A DNA stretch of 64,000 nucleotides from a virus (taxonomy: Duplodnaviria > Caudoviricetes). Of the stretch, positions 38,149-47,375 are shown piece by piece. Where the stretch lies: the IMG/VR virus record IMGVR_UViG_3300042268_000564; one strand, given 5' to 3'. Below the pieces are notes generated by a model, which saw only the letters and a program-made list of their open reading frames with translations, ran no database searches and was not told the origin of the DNA. Positions within the stretch are counted from its first letter, which is position 1, and the number at the start of each line of letters is the position of its first letter. A program made the position numbers and the translations under genes.

Positions 38149-38455
38149 TATAAATCCTAACACGCTCAAGGGACGACTGCTTATGTTTATGGCTGAAAGC
38201 TCGCCTCTTTCAAAAAACGCTTGTTTAACATTTTGTAAAGATGCATTATGGAGCCAACATAGTCTTTCGTATGGCAGCAAATTTCTTATGCCGTTAATGT
38301 TGGGCTGCTTAGAGGCTCGCAAGCTGATAAGAATTACAGAGGGATTCATTTTTATCACCGACGCTGGAGTAGATTTGGTTAAAGAATGGCATCTGGAAAA
38401 ATACAAAATCAACGAAGCTGAAGCTACAAAAATAGAAGAGAGCGGACTTTTGTAA
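38141..38455 (+). CDS. winged-helix-like protein ending ESGLL*
   Basis: L..RKLI......ITDAG wing motif. Confidence 0.5.
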   Translation: MHDINPNTLKGRLLMFMAESSPLSKNACLTFCKDALWSQHSLSYGSKFLMPLMLGCLEARKLIRITEGFIFITDAGVDLVKEWHLEKYKINEAEATKIEESGLL

Positions 38456-38489
38456 TTGACATTTTGCTATCGCTCTTTATAATAACTGT

Positions 38490-39257
38490 ATGATACAAAG
38501 AAATAGAGTTAAATTCGGATTAAAGCTTGAAGTTGATACTCGTGATGCAAAGGAACGTTTGTATGACGGACTAGAGGCTTTGATTCATTTACCTCTGTCA
38601 AAGCTGTATCAAGCATTGATTATATTGCATGTAGTCAGAGAAAATCTTCCAGAAGATGGATTGAGTGGTGCGCATGTAGTGAACCTTTGTGAGAGAGGAT
38701 TTGTTGATTTAAGAGAAAGAATTTTATTTTACGAAAAGCCTATATCCGTATTCAGCAAAGTTCTGCAAAAACATCTGTCCAGCCTGTCGGAGGATAATGA
38801 GAAATTTTACGGGCATCGCACAGCACGGAAACAAAACGCTTTCAAAGCACTATTTACATTTTTATTTTTGGAAACAAGATTCAGTTATTGGCTAGAAAAA
38901 TTTGTGGCCGTTAACATGGGAAATTCAGAAGAGGTAAAGGGCACTAAATTTGCCTGTGAACAATGGCTTCACACGCTTAATATTTCAGGACTGAATACTG
39001 TTGCTAGTATTCAACATAACAAAATGAGCATTGGGCAATACATCAAAAAGGCGCAAAAAAAGATGTTAAAGACAGGTGGAAGTGTCTATAAAATTATAGA
39101 AAAAGACAGACTTCAGATTATTCAAAGCTTGCCGCTCTGCCTTTCAAGAGGGGACACTAAAGCTGCATTCATTGTAGCGTGGGCTTGTGGTTGGGCTATT
39201 TGGCAGACCAAGAGATTTGTTAGAAAGCCAAAGATTAGAAAAACCTGTATGTTATGA
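38490..39257 (+). CDS. hypothetical protein (leaderless)
   Basis: TTGACA(38456)-N16-TATAAT-N6-ATG. Confidence 0.65.
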   Translation: MIQRNRVKFGLKLEVDTRDAKERLYDGLEALIHLPLSKLYQALIILHVVRENLPEDGLSGAHVVNLCERGFVDLRERILFYEKPISVFSKVLQKHLSSLSEDNEKFYGHRTARKQNAFKALFTFLFLETRFSYWLEKFVAVNMGNSEEVKGTKFACEQWLHTLNISGLNTVASIQHNKMSIGQYIKKAQKKMLKTGGSVYKIIEKDRLQIIQSLPLCLSRGDTKAAFIVAWACGWAIWQTKRFVRKPKIRKTCML

Positions 39258-39508
39258 GTATCAATTTGGGGACAGAATTGCTTATTTTTATTGCGAGACA
39301 AGGTGTGACGACGACCAAAGCTTGTAAAGCCTGTTTTGCAGGTAAAAATTCATACATGGAAGCACGTTCAGTATACAATAAGATTAATGATTTGGCTTTG
39401 TTCCGATATGTGACAGTTAAGCGTGGAATAATTGAAATTACTGAGCTTGGATTAAAAATTGCACAAGAGAAAGGCTTTGAACCAGTAAAGCCGCCGGAGA
39501 TATTATGA
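39254..39508 (+). CDS. winged-helix-like protein ending PPEIL*
   Basis: INDLA...YV......ITELGLKI. Confidence 0.55.
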   Translation: MSINLGTELLIFIARQGVTTTKACKACFAGKNSYMEARSVYNKINDLALFRYVTVKRGIIEITELGLKIAQEKGFEPVKPPEIL

Positions 39509-39812
39509 AAATAGAATTTAAAGAAAATCAAAAATGTCACAGTTGCCATAAGGACTCAGCAAAGGCGTTTGAATTGTTGCGGCATGTATTTTGTCGTGAT
39601 TGTTTGTTGAAACTCGGCAATTTGATTGGGATTACTGTTATGAATTTTGACAGAGAAAATCCACAGTCTGTATTTGGCGCAGAGCTACTGGAGCGAGTGC
39701 TTGAGAAGGCAAGAAACATGTCTGATGATGAATACATGGAATTACATAAAAAAGCTCAGGAAATGAGTAAGAATTTTGAAGAAAATTTAATTCCTGATGA
39801 TATTATAGAATA

Positions 39813-39999
39813 GATGGTGAAGCCTGCACAAAGCTGACAGTTACGGTGCTTACTGCTTCCAAGCGAGGTGAACGTCCGAAAAGCAATTGGGGATAAACAT
39901 TCTTTTGCAAACGTTCGATGACTTAGGGTGGTTGAGAGAAATCGCCAAGCCGCACCTGTAGGTGAATCCATCGCCGCCATTGCTGGTGGCTTATTTTTT
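39813..39999 (+). ncRNA. candidate ~160-nt structured RNA plus terminator
   Basis: GATGG..GCCTGCA pairs with TGTAGGT..CCATC; inner GGTGC/GCACC and GAACGT/ACGTTC; terminator GCCGCCA-ttgc-TGGTGGC plus T run. Confidence 0.5.
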
Positions 40000-40405
40000 G
40001 ACTGGAATTTGAAAATGTCAATATTGTATTGTATTGCAATTTTTTATGTCATTTGTCTGGTGATAATCTTTTTATGCGCTACAGCATGGGGGGAGATTCC
40101 TTATATGCCAGACGAACTAGACGAACCAAATAATGGAGATGAGCCATGAAAACATTTGTATCTCAAACTACTGGCGGAGTTGCCGTTATCGCCTCTAAGA
40201 ATGAAAAGACTGCGGCAAAAGCTTTGGATATCCCTGAGCATCAGTTTTTTTGGACAGAAACAACTGACCCGACATTGATTAATCTTGCAAAAAAGGATGA
40301 GGTTACTGTGGTTACTGCTGAGGCAGACGCTAAAGCGTCGAAGCAGGAGAAAAAGAAAACATCGGCAGCTTGACATTGAATAAGCTTGCAATATAATGCT
40401 TAATC

Positions 40406-41086
40406 ATGAGCATAGAAAAATTAAAATTTCTTCTTGAAAGTAATCCAAACATTCCTTCTCATACATCAGATATAACATCGAATTATGAGACATTAATCTG
40501 GTATGATTGCCCGATTCTTTTTATGGGCACTAATGCCTATGATGATTGGATGGTAGGTTTGTCTATTGACGAAGACGATAAGGCACAGCAAGAGTATTAT
40601 TTGCATACTTTTGTGACAAGTGAGCAATTGAAACAATTCTTGTCAGGCAAAATATCTTGTTTGACATTAATGCAAATATCTCGTGTGTATCTAATACAAA
40701 AAGATTACAAAAAGTTGGCACCGACTCAAGCCTGTTTGCTTGGTTTCAATGACATTCCTGAAGCTTATAGACCATTGCCTGATTCGATTTTGGATGGGGA
40801 TTATAGGCAACATGGGAAGCGATTAATTAACAAGATAGAAAAGCTGGAAGCTACATATGAGCATCAGGAAAAGTTAAAGCAAGCAAATCAAATTGGTAAC
40901 ATTCTTATTGCTAAAGGTTTCTCCTCTGACAAGATTAATCCTCTTTATATTTATTGGCTCAATGAAAAGCGGTTCGATATTAGATTGCATTTTAATCTTG
41001 ACACGATTAAATATGACGAAGAAACAATAAATAAAACAGTAGAGCTTTGGAGACGATGTAATGAGCTATGCAAATCCCATCATTAG
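40406..41086 (+). CDS. hypothetical protein (DUF6575-like N-terminus)
   Basis: LIWYDCPILF...IPEAYRPLPDS; promoter at 40370-40397. Confidence 0.55.
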   Translation: MSIEKLKFLLESNPNIPSHTSDITSNYETLIWYDCPILFMGTNAYDDWMVGLSIDEDDKAQQEYYLHTFVTSEQLKQFLSGKISCLTLMQISRVYLIQKDYKKLAPTQACLLGFNDIPEAYRPLPDSILDGDYRQHGKRLINKIEKLEATYEHQEKLKQANQIGNILIAKGFSSDKINPLYIYWLNEKRFDIRLHFNLDTIKYDEETINKTVELWRRCNELCKSHH

Positions 41087-41625
41087 AGACAACTTAATGA
41101 CTCTACAGGGCTACTCGCCTTATTGCGGGAACTGGCAGTGCAAGAGGGTTCCAAAAACGCTTTTTGATGGAGAGCAGTTTTATTGTCCATGTTGCAAGTG
41201 GCGCAGCTCTTTCCCTGCCGATTTTATTAAGGAATATAAAGAGAAGTGGGGAATCAAGTGATGCAAAGATATGAAAAGACTCGGTTCATAAATAATCCAA
41301 TTACCGTGCGTTGCGCAGGCTGCAATGACGAGCTTGAATTTGTTCTGGATGTGTCGAGGCACCAGTATTATGCTCTTCCTTGCCGATGTATCGAAGCGTG
41401 TATGGAAACGGAAGAATATAAAAAACATGGCTGGGGTAGCAACGTTAAAGACTATAAAGAATATGCAGAAAGAACGCAAAAAGAAGACGCTCAGAGAGAA
41501 GTGGAAACACTGGAAGCTATCACTAACAAAATTACTGAGAAAGTAACAAAGGCTCATAAAAAATACCTCACAGACGAAATAAATAAACCTGTTGACAATG
41601 GGTAGCTGTCGCTTATAATAAAACT

Positions 41626-42306
41626 ATGCCTAAAACTTACAAAATTATTTATGACGAACAAGAATTGCAAAAGTTTGTAGAATGGCTTCCTGAGCTTAAG
41701 AAGCATGAGACGTATTATGTTTCTTTGCTTGCTCGTAGGAAATATTGCAAAGCTCTTTCTGAGGACAAAATAATTGTTAAGCGATTCACGTCTGAAAAGA
41801 CAAGGTTGATTGACAAGATTCGTCACCTTGAAGCGGTGTATGGATGCTATCTTGATGGGAAGCGCAATCCTATCCCACAAGAGGCACTTGCACTGTATAT
41901 TTCTGTAAATCCAAGAAACTTGGAAGCTGCTGCACTGGAGTCTGCAAAATTACTCTTAGACAAGGTGACAAAACCCTATACAAATTACATCCCACACAAG
42001 ATTGTATTGTCCACAATTCAAAAGACAAGAGGGACAAGGTATTTTGTGGATATTGACTTCGATGATGGCGAGATTGAAACAGAAAAGCTTATAAAACTTA
42101 TATCTGATTACCTTGACCAGTCCACTTTTAATATTTTGAAAACTCGTGGTGGATATCATATTCTTGTTAGAGTTAAAGAAGCTGCAAAAAAAAATAAAAT
42201 GTGGTTCAAAGAGTTGCAAAAAGAGGTGGACTTTGACATGAAAGGTGATAACCTCATTCCTGTGCCCGGATGTTGTCAGGGCAGTTTTTCGCCGATTCTT
42301 TATTAA
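41626..42306 (+). CDS. AEP/primase-polymerase-like small protein (leaderless)
   Basis: FVDIDFDD (DxD) and KTRGGYHILV (GxH) motifs; promoter 41592-41619. Confidence 0.5.
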   Translation: MPKTYKIIYDEQELQKFVEWLPELKKHETYYVSLLARRKYCKALSEDKIIVKRFTSEKTRLIDKIRHLEAVYGCYLDGKRNPIPQEALALYISVNPRNLEAAALESAKLLLDKVTKPYTNYIPHKIVLSTIQKTRGTRYFVDIDFDDGEIETEKLIKLISDYLDQSTFNILKTRGGYHILVRVKEAAKKNKMWFKELQKEVDFDMKGDNLIPVPGCCQGSFSPILY

Positions 42307-42317
42307 AGGAAATAGTA

Positions 42318-42914
42318 ATGGAAATTGAGAATAAACAGGGTAGACGATTCTTTGATGCGTCAACCGATGCAGAAATAGAATTTTCTCAGATAAAGCCAGA
42401 GACTCGGATTTATTACAGAGAGCCAAGCCATTGTGGATTTTGTGCACCTGATGTTGATTGCCCCGGAATCATGACCTCGCCAACTTATAATGTATCGCAG
42501 GTTGGTCAAGATAAGGTTGAGGTAAAAGCTACCAGTGACGAGCCTTATTGGAATTGTTCTCTTGTGGATGATGAGCCAGACATTAAAGATGCTGTAAAGC
42601 CAATAAAAAAGGTTCCTGTAGAATGGGTAAGTGAGCCTTTAAGTGAGTTCACCAGCAAGTTCAGAGCAGCGATTGTGATGATTAATGATGCAGACAAGCT
42701 CGTGGAGTGTCGTATCAACATAAATGACAGCGAACTACTTGGCTGGATTCCATTTGAGGCTTTTGAAAAAAGCAAGGTGCCAATTAAGGGAGGACAACAG
42801 TTCTATCTTTATGGACAACTAAGTGAGACCAAGCTGGTTTCTTGGATGGAGGCTTATATGCCACCAATGACTCCAAAGAAACAAAAACTTTTGGATGAGA
42901 TAAATAAGTTATGA
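42318..42914 (+). CDS. hypothetical protein
   Basis: AAGGA SD. Confidence 0.55.
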   Translation: MEIENKQGRRFFDASTDAEIEFSQIKPETRIYYREPSHCGFCAPDVDCPGIMTSPTYNVSQVGQDKVEVKATSDEPYWNCSLVDDEPDIKDAVKPIKKVPVEWVSEPLSEFTSKFRAAIVMINDADKLVECRININDSELLGWIPFEAFEKSKVPIKGGQQFYLYGQLSETKLVSWMEAYMPPMTPKKQKLLDEINKL

Positions 42915-43092
42915 AAAAATTCTGGACAACTTTAAGCACATTGCTTGTCGTGGCACTTATTGTGTCAATGAGTGTTTATTCGTGGAATAATCCAACTTTA
43001 ACTCATATGCAAGTATTTCAAACCTTTTTCCTGCCGTGGCTTGGCATATTAAGCCTTGCGACAGTAGTTGGTTATTTTTATAGGGATGATAA

Positions 43093-43449
43093 ATGACGAC
43101 TTATCGCTTGCGCACAAAAGATAATGATTTGCAAGATGCTATTAAAGCTCTTAAAGCCTCTTTCACTGCAACAGTCAAACAAGCCATGAGAGCGAAAGGC
43201 ATTAGAGCCTCTAAGCTTGCTGACGATATGGGGATTACAAGAGCTTATGTTTCTAAAATTCTTAAAGGCGAAACGAATATAACATTGGAAACAATGGATA
43301 GGTTTGCCAAAGCATTAGGTTTCAAGTGGACGTTAAAGCTTTCAAACAAAAAAGAAATAAATCCATATTCCGATTCATTTGTTAATAAATCGCTTAAGAA
43401 CGTAACTCTTACGGACATATCTGACAGTGATATTGTTGTGTGTGGATAA
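43093..43449 (+). CDS. XRE-family HTH regulator
   Basis: AMRAKGIRASKLADDMGITRAYVSKILKGETNITLETMDRFAKALG. Confidence 0.88.
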   Translation: MTTYRLRTKDNDLQDAIKALKASFTATVKQAMRAKGIRASKLADDMGITRAYVSKILKGETNITLETMDRFAKALGFKWTLKLSNKKEINPYSDSFVNKSLKNVTLTDISDSDIVVCG

Positions 43450-43622
43450 AATGGGAAGAAATGTAATACTAAAACAAAAATGTTTTATCTACAGGATTAG
43501 CGAATGTTGGCGATGTGGCAGATGGATGGAGTCAGGCGAACGTCATTATGCCGCAGACATAAAGTATGATTTAAGAAAAATTGAAATTGCAATTTGCAAC
43601 GATTGTGCGGGAGTATTAAAGG

Positions 43623-44156
43623 GTGAAGTTCCAAGTTAAAGAAAAAGAATCTTACAAATTAATGCGGGACTATTTTTTTCCAGTTGATTTTTTTAATTTC
43701 CTGAAAAAGCTTGCCAAAAATTATGGCGCAAATGTTCGGTTTGCTGAGTTTGACAATAATTACAGCGGCTCTTATAATTGGCGACATAAACTGATTAAGA
43801 TTTATCGATATGATAAAGAGTCGAATTTTATGCCAACTGAATATGTTTTCAGGATTTTCTTTCACGAGCTGGCACATCATATTCAAAGACGAAAACGTTT
43901 AAAATTTCGTTCTGTAGAAGAATATCTATTGTTTGAACAAGAAGCTTGCGACATAGGCTTTGAATTGGCTAAGAAACATGCCCCAACTATTCCTGTAAAA
44001 AAAGAAGTTTATATTGACGGCTTTTCGTCTATCAAAGACTTGGAAATGTTCGCACAACACTATAAACTCGAACACAAACGCAGTACGCTGGACGCCTACA
44101 AGCGTTTTGAGCAGGGAACATTACACCCCAAGATTTATGGCAAGGAATCTTGTTGA
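43623..44156 (+). CDS. HExxH metallopeptidase-like protein (ImmA/IrrE-like)
   Basis: FFHELAHH...EQEA. Confidence 0.65.
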   Translation: MKFQVKEKESYKLMRDYFFPVDFFNFLKKLAKNYGANVRFAEFDNNYSGSYNWRHKLIKIYRYDKESNFMPTEYVFRIFFHELAHHIQRRKRLKFRSVEEYLLFEQEACDIGFELAKKHAPTIPVKKEVYIDGFSSIKDLEMFAQHYKLEHKRSTLDAYKRFEQGTLHPKIYGKESC

Positions 44157-44240
44157 CAGTTACCTTGCTCTGTTTATAATGTAAAAATGAGTAAAACAAG
44201 TTTAACCTCTTAAAATGTAATTGCAGTATTAGATGCTGTA

Positions 44241-44465
44241 ATGAAAAATTATATAAAGACAAAGGGTGATTTTGGCGAATACGAGTATTGTGTGTTTTGT
44301 GGTGCCCATTTGGAACTTGTGACGGTTTCAGAGGTTGGAAAAGAGAATACATTTGAAGCAATTTTAAGCCATGAACCCCACTGTGTTGTGCCGATTGTAA
44401 GAGTTATGTGCGAAGAAATTAAAGTCAATAAAGAAATGGATGAATTAGAAAAGATATTTTGTTGA
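44241..44465 (+). CDS. C2HC zinc-finger family member
   Basis: CVFCG...HEPHCVV. Confidence 0.6.
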   Translation: MKNYIKTKGDFGEYEYCVFCGAHLELVTVSEVGKENTFEAILSHEPHCVVPIVRVMCEEIKVNKEMDELEKIFC

Positions 44466-44495
44466 CAATGCTCGCCAAACTTTTATAATAAAAAC

Positions 44496-45026
44496 ATGAA
44501 AGTGAAAGAAATCAAAATTCAAGACTATACTGGCGAGGCAATAATGCCTGTTGAAAAAAAGAATCTTGGCGCAAAGCAACGAGCTATTATTCTGCATTTG
44601 GAAAACTGTGAAGCCTGCCCTTATGTAAAGACAGAAAGAACAAAAGGAGCTGGTTATGCCATTGATTACTTTTGCACAAGAATGGACGGAAAGCCAGTTA
44701 GTGTGTATATGGAAATTCCTAGTGATATGAAGCCAGTTCCTGACTGGTGCCCGATAGCTCTTAACACCACTGAAGATACAATGTTAGCCCTTAATGCGAA
44801 AGAAGCGCAGCAATTGGCTGAAGCCGTGCTTAAAATGGATTGCCATAACGAACATCTATATACAGGTGAACGTAGCTGTAAGCTATGTGGTGCAAAAGAA
44901 GATGAAAAGCGAGAGATAAAACATTTGCCTACTTGTGCCATTATGACAGCCCACAAAATGGTTCATGATGTCTCTTTGCGCTGCGACAAGACCAAGCTTG
45001 ATGATAAAGTGATTGATATGTTATGA
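44496..45026 (+). CDS. double zinc-finger protein ending VIDML* (leaderless)
   Basis: CEACPY..C..PDWCP plus CKLCG..HLPTC. Confidence 0.7.
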   Translation: MKVKEIKIQDYTGEAIMPVEKKNLGAKQRAIILHLENCEACPYVKTERTKGAGYAIDYFCTRMDGKPVSVYMEIPSDMKPVPDWCPIALNTTEDTMLALNAKEAQQLAEAVLKMDCHNEHLYTGERSCKLCGAKEDEKREIKHLPTCAIMTAHKMVHDVSLRCDKTKLDDKVIDML

Positions 45027-45556
45027 GAACGAAAACAATTGTCATGCTGTCGGTTATTGATAAATGCGTGGAGTGCCCTTATTCATATTGTCCGCAGCAA
45101 CTTTTTGGTGATGATGCCAAGCAAGAAGGCTTTCCTCTATATTGTCGATGTACAAAAAATCTGCTTGATGGGCAAAATGCACGATTGGTAGGGGCTTATA
45201 CCCCGCAACATCCCGTAGAACAAATAAAAGTCCCTGAATGGTGTGATGCAAGTCTTGATATTGACGTTCTTAACAAATTCGCAGAACCGATTGATAAAAT
45301 TGCGATTGAAATGTCCGAATCCTTACTGCGACGAGAAAACGAGTTGTTAGAACAAGCTGTAGCAAGAACGAAAACAAGCGAGAAGCTTTATGGCTTTAAG
45401 TGCCTGATTTGTGGTAAATTTGAGCCTGAAGATGGTTTTGACATATTTAAACATAAGGATACATGTCCTATTGTTGCTGCCAGAGCACTTTTAAAAAGAC
45501 GGGATAGCCAGCAAAGAATTGTTGACGCTTTCCAGATGCATATAGATTTATTGTAG
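45023..45556 (+). CDS. double zinc-finger paralog ending HIDLL*
   Basis: CVECPY..C..PEWC plus CLICG..HKDTCPI. Confidence 0.7.
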   Translation: MRTKTIVMLSVIDKCVECPYSYCPQQLFGDDAKQEGFPLYCRCTKNLLDGQNARLVGAYTPQHPVEQIKVPEWCDASLDIDVLNKFAEPIDKIAIEMSESLLRRENELLEQAVARTKTSEKLYGFKCLICGKFEPEDGFDIFKHKDTCPIVAARALLKRRDSQQRIVDAFQMHIDLL

Positions 45557-45800
45557 GAGTAATGATGAAAAAGCTTTTTAACAAAAAGGATATTCTTAAA
45601 TTCCAGAAACGTGAACGAACTGCAATTGTGGAAATCGACCTCGAACATGATATGCTGCAATTTTTTGAAGAAAAAGCTGCCGAGATGGCTGAGATGGCAG
45701 AGGTAGACCCTGCTACTATTTCTGCTGGTGACGCAGTGGCTTATATGCTTACCCAAATGTATGAGCAAGGTATGTTTAAGGAATTGGAAGAAAGAATCAA

Positions 45801-46328
45801 ATGAACAGCTTTCACAGGGTAATGGTGCCTAAGATTATGTCTACATTGGCACAATATCAGCCGATGTCTTTCAATGATTTATCAAATAAGATAAGCTCTG
45901 ATTTGTCAGTGCCAAAAAGATATGAATTGCTCAGTCTTGTAAATAGAATGGTCGAGTCCGATTTATTGCTAATGAAGGGTGGCATGTTATCATTGCCAAT
46001 GGATGTAGCCGAATCATTGCCGCAGAAACAGCCTGTAAAAACAAACCTTGAAAACAAAACAAAACAAGAATTACTTGAACTGGTGTCAACTTTAGCGCAA
46101 ATTATTCTCGACAATCGTGGCGAACCTTGTGAAATCCAAAACGATGAAGGCAACTATGTTCCAGCCGAGAAATGTTTATTTTGTAAGCGAGTGATAGTGA
46201 CGGCTTTAAATAAGGGTGAGAAAGCGAGTTGTCATGCGCCGAATTGTCCTGTGACTTTTGCAAGGACATTGATGGATACAAGTGGCGAGCTTTCAAAAGG
46301 GGAAAAGAAGGTGGTGGACATGTTATGA
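45801..46328 (+). CDS. winged-helix plus C2HC zinc-finger protein ending VVDML*
   Basis: N-terminal wHTH-like region; CLFC..HAPNCPV. Confidence 0.65.
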   Translation: MNSFHRVMVPKIMSTLAQYQPMSFNDLSNKISSDLSVPKRYELLSLVNRMVESDLLLMKGGMLSLPMDVAESLPQKQPVKTNLENKTKQELLELVSTLAQIILDNRGEPCEIQNDEGNYVPAEKCLFCKRVIVTALNKGEKASCHAPNCPVTFARTLMDTSGELSKGEKKVVDML

Positions 46329-46747
46329 GTAAAGATTCAGATTTTTGGCTATTTTGTTTGAAAGCTTTACTTTTTTTTGTTTTTTGTGGCGTTGTAGTCA
46401 GTGTTTTACGTATATTAGGGATTTTGCCACCTCTTCCAATGTTACAGTCCAGCACCGCCAGTAATCCGCAGCCAATGCAAACCGCACCTATACAGCCTTA
46501 TGAACATGTTTATGATATTGTAATCAAAGAAAAATTTATTGTATGCACTGACAAAATTAATTATGGCTTCAGGTATTGGAACAAAACAAACCAAGAGCAC
46601 TACATGTCATGGACAACAGAACTAGAGAATAGCTGTTTTCTTAAATTTGATGTGGGAGAGCCGCTTATTTTCTACGAAAAATTTGACGGCACAAATTACG
46701 ATAATAAAGTAGTAAAGGCTTCAGAATGGAAGGCAGAACAAAATTAA
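46325..46747 (+). CDS. membrane-anchored hypothetical protein
   Basis: N-terminal TM segment. Confidence 0.55.
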   Translation: MSKDSDFWLFCLKALLFFVFCGVVVSVLRILGILPPLPMLQSSTASNPQPMQTAPIQPYEHVYDIVIKEKFIVCTDKINYGFRYWNKTNQEHYMSWTTELENSCFLKFDVGEPLIFYEKFDGTNYDNKVVKASEWKAEQN

Positions 46748-46928
46748 TCAACAGACATCAGATGATAGTTCTCTACGAGAGCACCTTGTAAAATTTGCTC
46801 GGCTTGTGATTGGTTGACGGGAATAGCGTCAATTATCTTTTCAACAGTAGGTTTTGTTAAAAAGACTTTTTCAATGAGACCTTTATGATAGATAATCCAA
46901 ATTTTGTTCATATTCATATAATAACTTT

Positions 46929-47375
46929 ATGGCGAATCATTTAATTTTAAAAATAGAAACTTGTCTCGATTGCCCAAGGGCTGTAGGTGCCCCTGATGGT
47001 GCTTGGACATGCACTGACGTTAACAAGCTCATCGGCAGAACGCACGAGCTTAAAGGGCAAAAAACTTTGCCTGCATTTTGCCCTCTCACTGTTCGTTTTA
47101 TAGGCACAAAGGAAACAATAGATGCCATCCGAACAACAGCTCTACTTAAAAATAAATTAGAACGTTTAAGCACCTTTGTCAAAGCTTTTGATTGTTTTGT
47201 AAGAATTACAGGAGGCAAGGTAGTTTGTGATGTGTGCAAAGCCTCAGCCAAAACTGCAAGTGCAATAAAACATGCAGAAATTTGTCCAATATCAATTGCG
47301 AATGGCGTTCTTGCCGACAAAGAAGCTGCCACATTGGAAGACGCTCTGATAGAAAAGATAGTGGAGATGTTGTAA
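46929..47375 (+). CDS. double zinc-finger paralog ending IVEML*
   Basis: CLDCP..C..PAFCPL plus CDVC..HAEICPI. Confidence 0.7.
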   Translation: MANHLILKIETCLDCPRAVGAPDGAWTCTDVNKLIGRTHELKGQKTLPAFCPLTVRFIGTKETIDAIRTTALLKNKLERLSTFVKAFDCFVRITGGKVVCDVCKASAKTASAIKHAEICPISIANGVLADKEAATLEDALIEKIVEML

